A stretch of DNA of 64,000 bases from a bacterium (GTDB taxonomy: Bacteria; UBA8248; JACPRG01; G963555815), in assembly GCA_965218795.1 (NCBI GenBank), contig OZ244653.1:3296001-3360000 (forward strand). Reading direction: 5' to 3'. Shown one piece after another: positions 61,818 through 64,000 of the stretch. The position numbers were made by a program, and so were the translations under genes. Each line of letters begins with the position of its first letter. The stretch's first letter is position 1. A model generated the notes under the pieces. The model saw only the letters and a program-made list of their open reading frames with translations. It did not search any database and had not been told where the DNA came from.

Positions 61818-62310
61818 ATGAGGAGCAGCGATCCGGTCCTCGACCCGAAAGCCTCCCTGACGGCGCGGCTCAGGTCTGAATCAGCGCATCTGCCGCAAAG
61901 GGGATGAAATTTTTCTCCGCGTCATAACGAACAAGCCTTCGTACGTTCGCATTGTCACGGTCGATCCGGCGGGGCAGGTGGTCCAGTTGTTTCCCAACAA
62001 GTACCGGAGTGACCACTTTTTCCCCGTCGGGGAGGGAGTGCCCGATCCGGGACTCGCGGGCCGACAAATTCCAGCCCGTGGTGCACAAACCGCCTTTTGG
62101 GAAGGGGAAGTTTGTTCTTTACGCAAGCACGGCCCCGTTACCCGGATATCGATCTGATACCGCTAGGGGGCGGGTTGGGGATGTACAAGGGCAAGAGGGG
62201 TCAATTGGACACGTCAAGACGCGGTCCGTGTCGGTTCAGCCCGCGAACACAGGATCTTCCAAGCCTGCGGAATTTTCTGAGAGTTGCTTTGTTTTCTTGG
62301 CGAGGCCAAA
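61818..62310 (+). pseudogene. Multiply frameshifted DUF4384-like gene
   Basis: Successive frames: RKGDEIFLRVITNKPSYVRIVTVDPAGQVVQLFPNKYRSDHFF / FQPVVHKPPFGKGKFVLYASTAPL / DIDLIPLGGGL. Confidence 0.65.
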
Positions 62311-62363
62311 TCGGCAGCTAACTCGCAAACGCGGCGAATTGGGATACTGAGACAAATTCAGCC

Positions 62364-63158
62364 ATGGATTTTCAAGGGTATAGAAAAAGCATCGACCTGT
62401 ATCTGGACGGGGAGTTGGACTCCGCCTCGATCCTCAAGTTCCAGGAATGGCTCGACAACGATCCACGATGCCGGGAGCTCCTCGAGCGCGAGGAAAATCT
62501 CCGCATGAAAGTCCGGGAAGCTCTGAGCAGCGAGCATGCCCCGGACACGCTGGGAGCCGGGATTCGAAGGACTCTTCGAAAGGAGGAGAAGGGCGGAGCG
62601 AAGCGCTTTTTCACGGGTTGGCGGGCGGCCGCGGCGATCCTTCTGGCTGTAATTATCGGAGGCGGGTTCTATTTCCAGCAGGACCAGCGGGACATGAAAA
62701 ACATTGTGAACAGCTCCATCAACAGCCACAGGATGTACTCGCAGGCTGGCGATCTGATGGATTTTCAAGCCTCGGACGAAAGCGGCCTGATCCCGAAGTT
62801 GCAGCAGCGCGTAGAGTTCGCCGTGACGCTACCCTCCCTCGCCCAGGATGACATCGCGATGGTGGGGGGACGCATTTGTATCCTCATCGACCGGCAATCC
62901 GCGTTGGCTTTTTACAAGAAAGGGCCCCGGCGTCTCTCGCTCTTCGCCGTCGACCAGAAGGATATCCGGCTTCCCAGCTGGGGCGGCAAGAATATCAATG
63001 ACCGAATGGTCTATTTTCATCAATCGGGCGGATATCGGGTCGCAGTCTGGAAAGATGGGGAGTGCATCTACTCCCTGGTCGCGCAGCTTGAAGAGCGGGA
63101 TATGACCCGGTATCTGACCACCGGCTTCAAACGAGTCATCGCCCCCGCAAATGATTGA
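62364..63158 (+). CDS. Transmembrane anti-sigma factor with degenerate zinc motif
   Basis: LYLDGELD...WLDNDPRC; TM helix WRAAAAILLAVII; VGGRIC...ALAFY...RLSLF...YSLVA periplasmic domain. Confidence 0.8.
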   Translation: MDFQGYRKSIDLYLDGELDSASILKFQEWLDNDPRCRELLEREENLRMKVREALSSEHAPDTLGAGIRRTLRKEEKGGAKRFFTGWRAAAAILLAVIIGGGFYFQQDQRDMKNIVNSSINSHRMYSQAGDLMDFQASDESGLIPKLQQRVEFAVTLPSLAQDDIAMVGGRICILIDRQSALAFYKKGPRRLSLFAVDQKDIRLPSWGGKNINDRMVYFHQSGGYRVAVWKDGECIYSLVAQLEERDMTRYLTTGFKRVIAPAND

Positions 63159-63293
63159 TATCCGCCGGGGGGCGTCGAGCCTGCCCGCCGCAAATTGCTG
63201 CACTTCTTCCCTCGTCCAACCAAGCAAGGTCGTTCGGTCTTTCATTGGTCAGATTGGAAAATTGGGGTGGGGATTTGTCTGCGCGCGAAGTAT

Positions 63294-63629
63294 TCAGGAT
63301 CCGTTTCCGTCGGCGTCGGGCTCACCCAGATGCCGCTTCGCCTCATCGTACTGCTTGCGGATGGTCGTCATGAGGCCTTCAGCAAAGCCCTCCGGAACTT
63401 CACGTTTCGGGGCCTGGCGGCAAAGCTCCTTCGTTTTTTCAAGAGATCGGAAAAGATTCTGACAGGGCGGGCAGTCATCGACGTGCCGCTCCATCTTGGC
63501 CATCATCTCGGGATCCAGCTCTTTGTCCAAAAATTCCGACAAGATGGGGTAGGCGTCCCTACACCCAATCCACCATTTACGGTGTCTGCCTGGAATCATT
63601 CGATCCAGGAGATGCCTGATAACTCCCAC
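63294..63629 (-). CDS. Soluble zinc-binding anti-sigma factor (zf-HC2)
   Basis: CRD...LSEFLDKEL...HVDDCPPC; directly after the ECF sigma gene. Confidence 0.85.
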   Translation of the reverse strand: MGVIRHLLDRMIPGRHRKWWIGCRDAYPILSEFLDKELDPEMMAKMERHVDDCPPCQNLFRSLEKTKELCRQAPKREVPEGFAEGLMTTIRKQYDEAKRHLGEPDADGNGS

Positions 63630-63679
63630 AACCTGACTCCCTCGCTTTCTTCCCCGATCATTGCCCTCTGACAGCGGGC

Positions 63680-64000
63680 TTACATTATGGGCGCGGTTTT
63701 TCTTTCCAGCTCCCTTCGGACGAACAGTCTCGCCCGGTGGAGGCGGGATTTCATCGCGGGAACCGTCAGTCCGAGCGATTCAGCCGTCTCATTGGCAGGC
63801 AGCTCTTCAACGTCCCGCAAAACCAGCACAGTTCGGTATTCCTCGGGCAGCTTCGCGATGGCCTCCTCCAGCAATATCCTGCCCTCGGCTTCCTCGAGAA
63901 CCTCTTCGGGTTTCGGCGGCCGGACCTTCATGCCATCGAGCAGTGAGAGCTGAAACTCCTCCAAATCCAAATTTTCCAAAGATTCCGGTTGGGACTTCTT
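63680..64000 (-). CDS. ECF sigma factor, C-terminal part (starts outside window)
   Basis: LPEEYRTVLVLRDVEEL...TVPAMKSRLHRARL (region 4.2). Confidence 0.92.
   Translation of the reverse strand, partial: KKSQPESLENLDLEEFQLSLLDGMKVRPPKPEEVLEEAEGRILLEEAIAKLPEEYRTVLVLRDVEELPANETAESLGLTVPAMKSRLHRARLFVRRELERKTAPIM

Overview
High-GC bacterial chromosome window with two parts. Bases 1-32.7 kb are one minus-strand core cluster: moaC, PIN/TRAM gene, ispD, ispF, cysS, rlmB, tRNA Thr-Tyr-Gly-Thr, tuf, rpmG, tRNA-Trp, secE, nusG, rplKAJL, rpoBC, rpsLG, fusA, a second tuf, then the S10 and spc ribosomal protein genes up to a partial rplO. From a frameshifted IS5-family element (about 33 kb) to about 61.6 kb is an accessory region of catabolic enzymes: a DHPON-hydrolase-like enzyme, a nitrilase-fold protein with an altered triad, a Rieske ferredoxin beside an amidohydrolase-fold protein with dinuclear-oxygenase ligands, an ACMSD-like decarboxylase, an enolase-family protein lacking KxK, an orphan Mo-hydroxylase large subunit, a VOC dioxygenase-like protein, an adenylosuccinate-lyase-family protein, possible F420 enzymes and three EamA permeases. 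Spacers in this region hold a modular family of hairpin repeats (inverted ends, conserved 71-nt core, covarying stems) and many short decayed gene fragments. The window ends in an ECF sigma factor with two anti-sigma genes. All homology calls come from motifs recognised by eye and no database search was run. Taxonomy cannot be fixed from this window.
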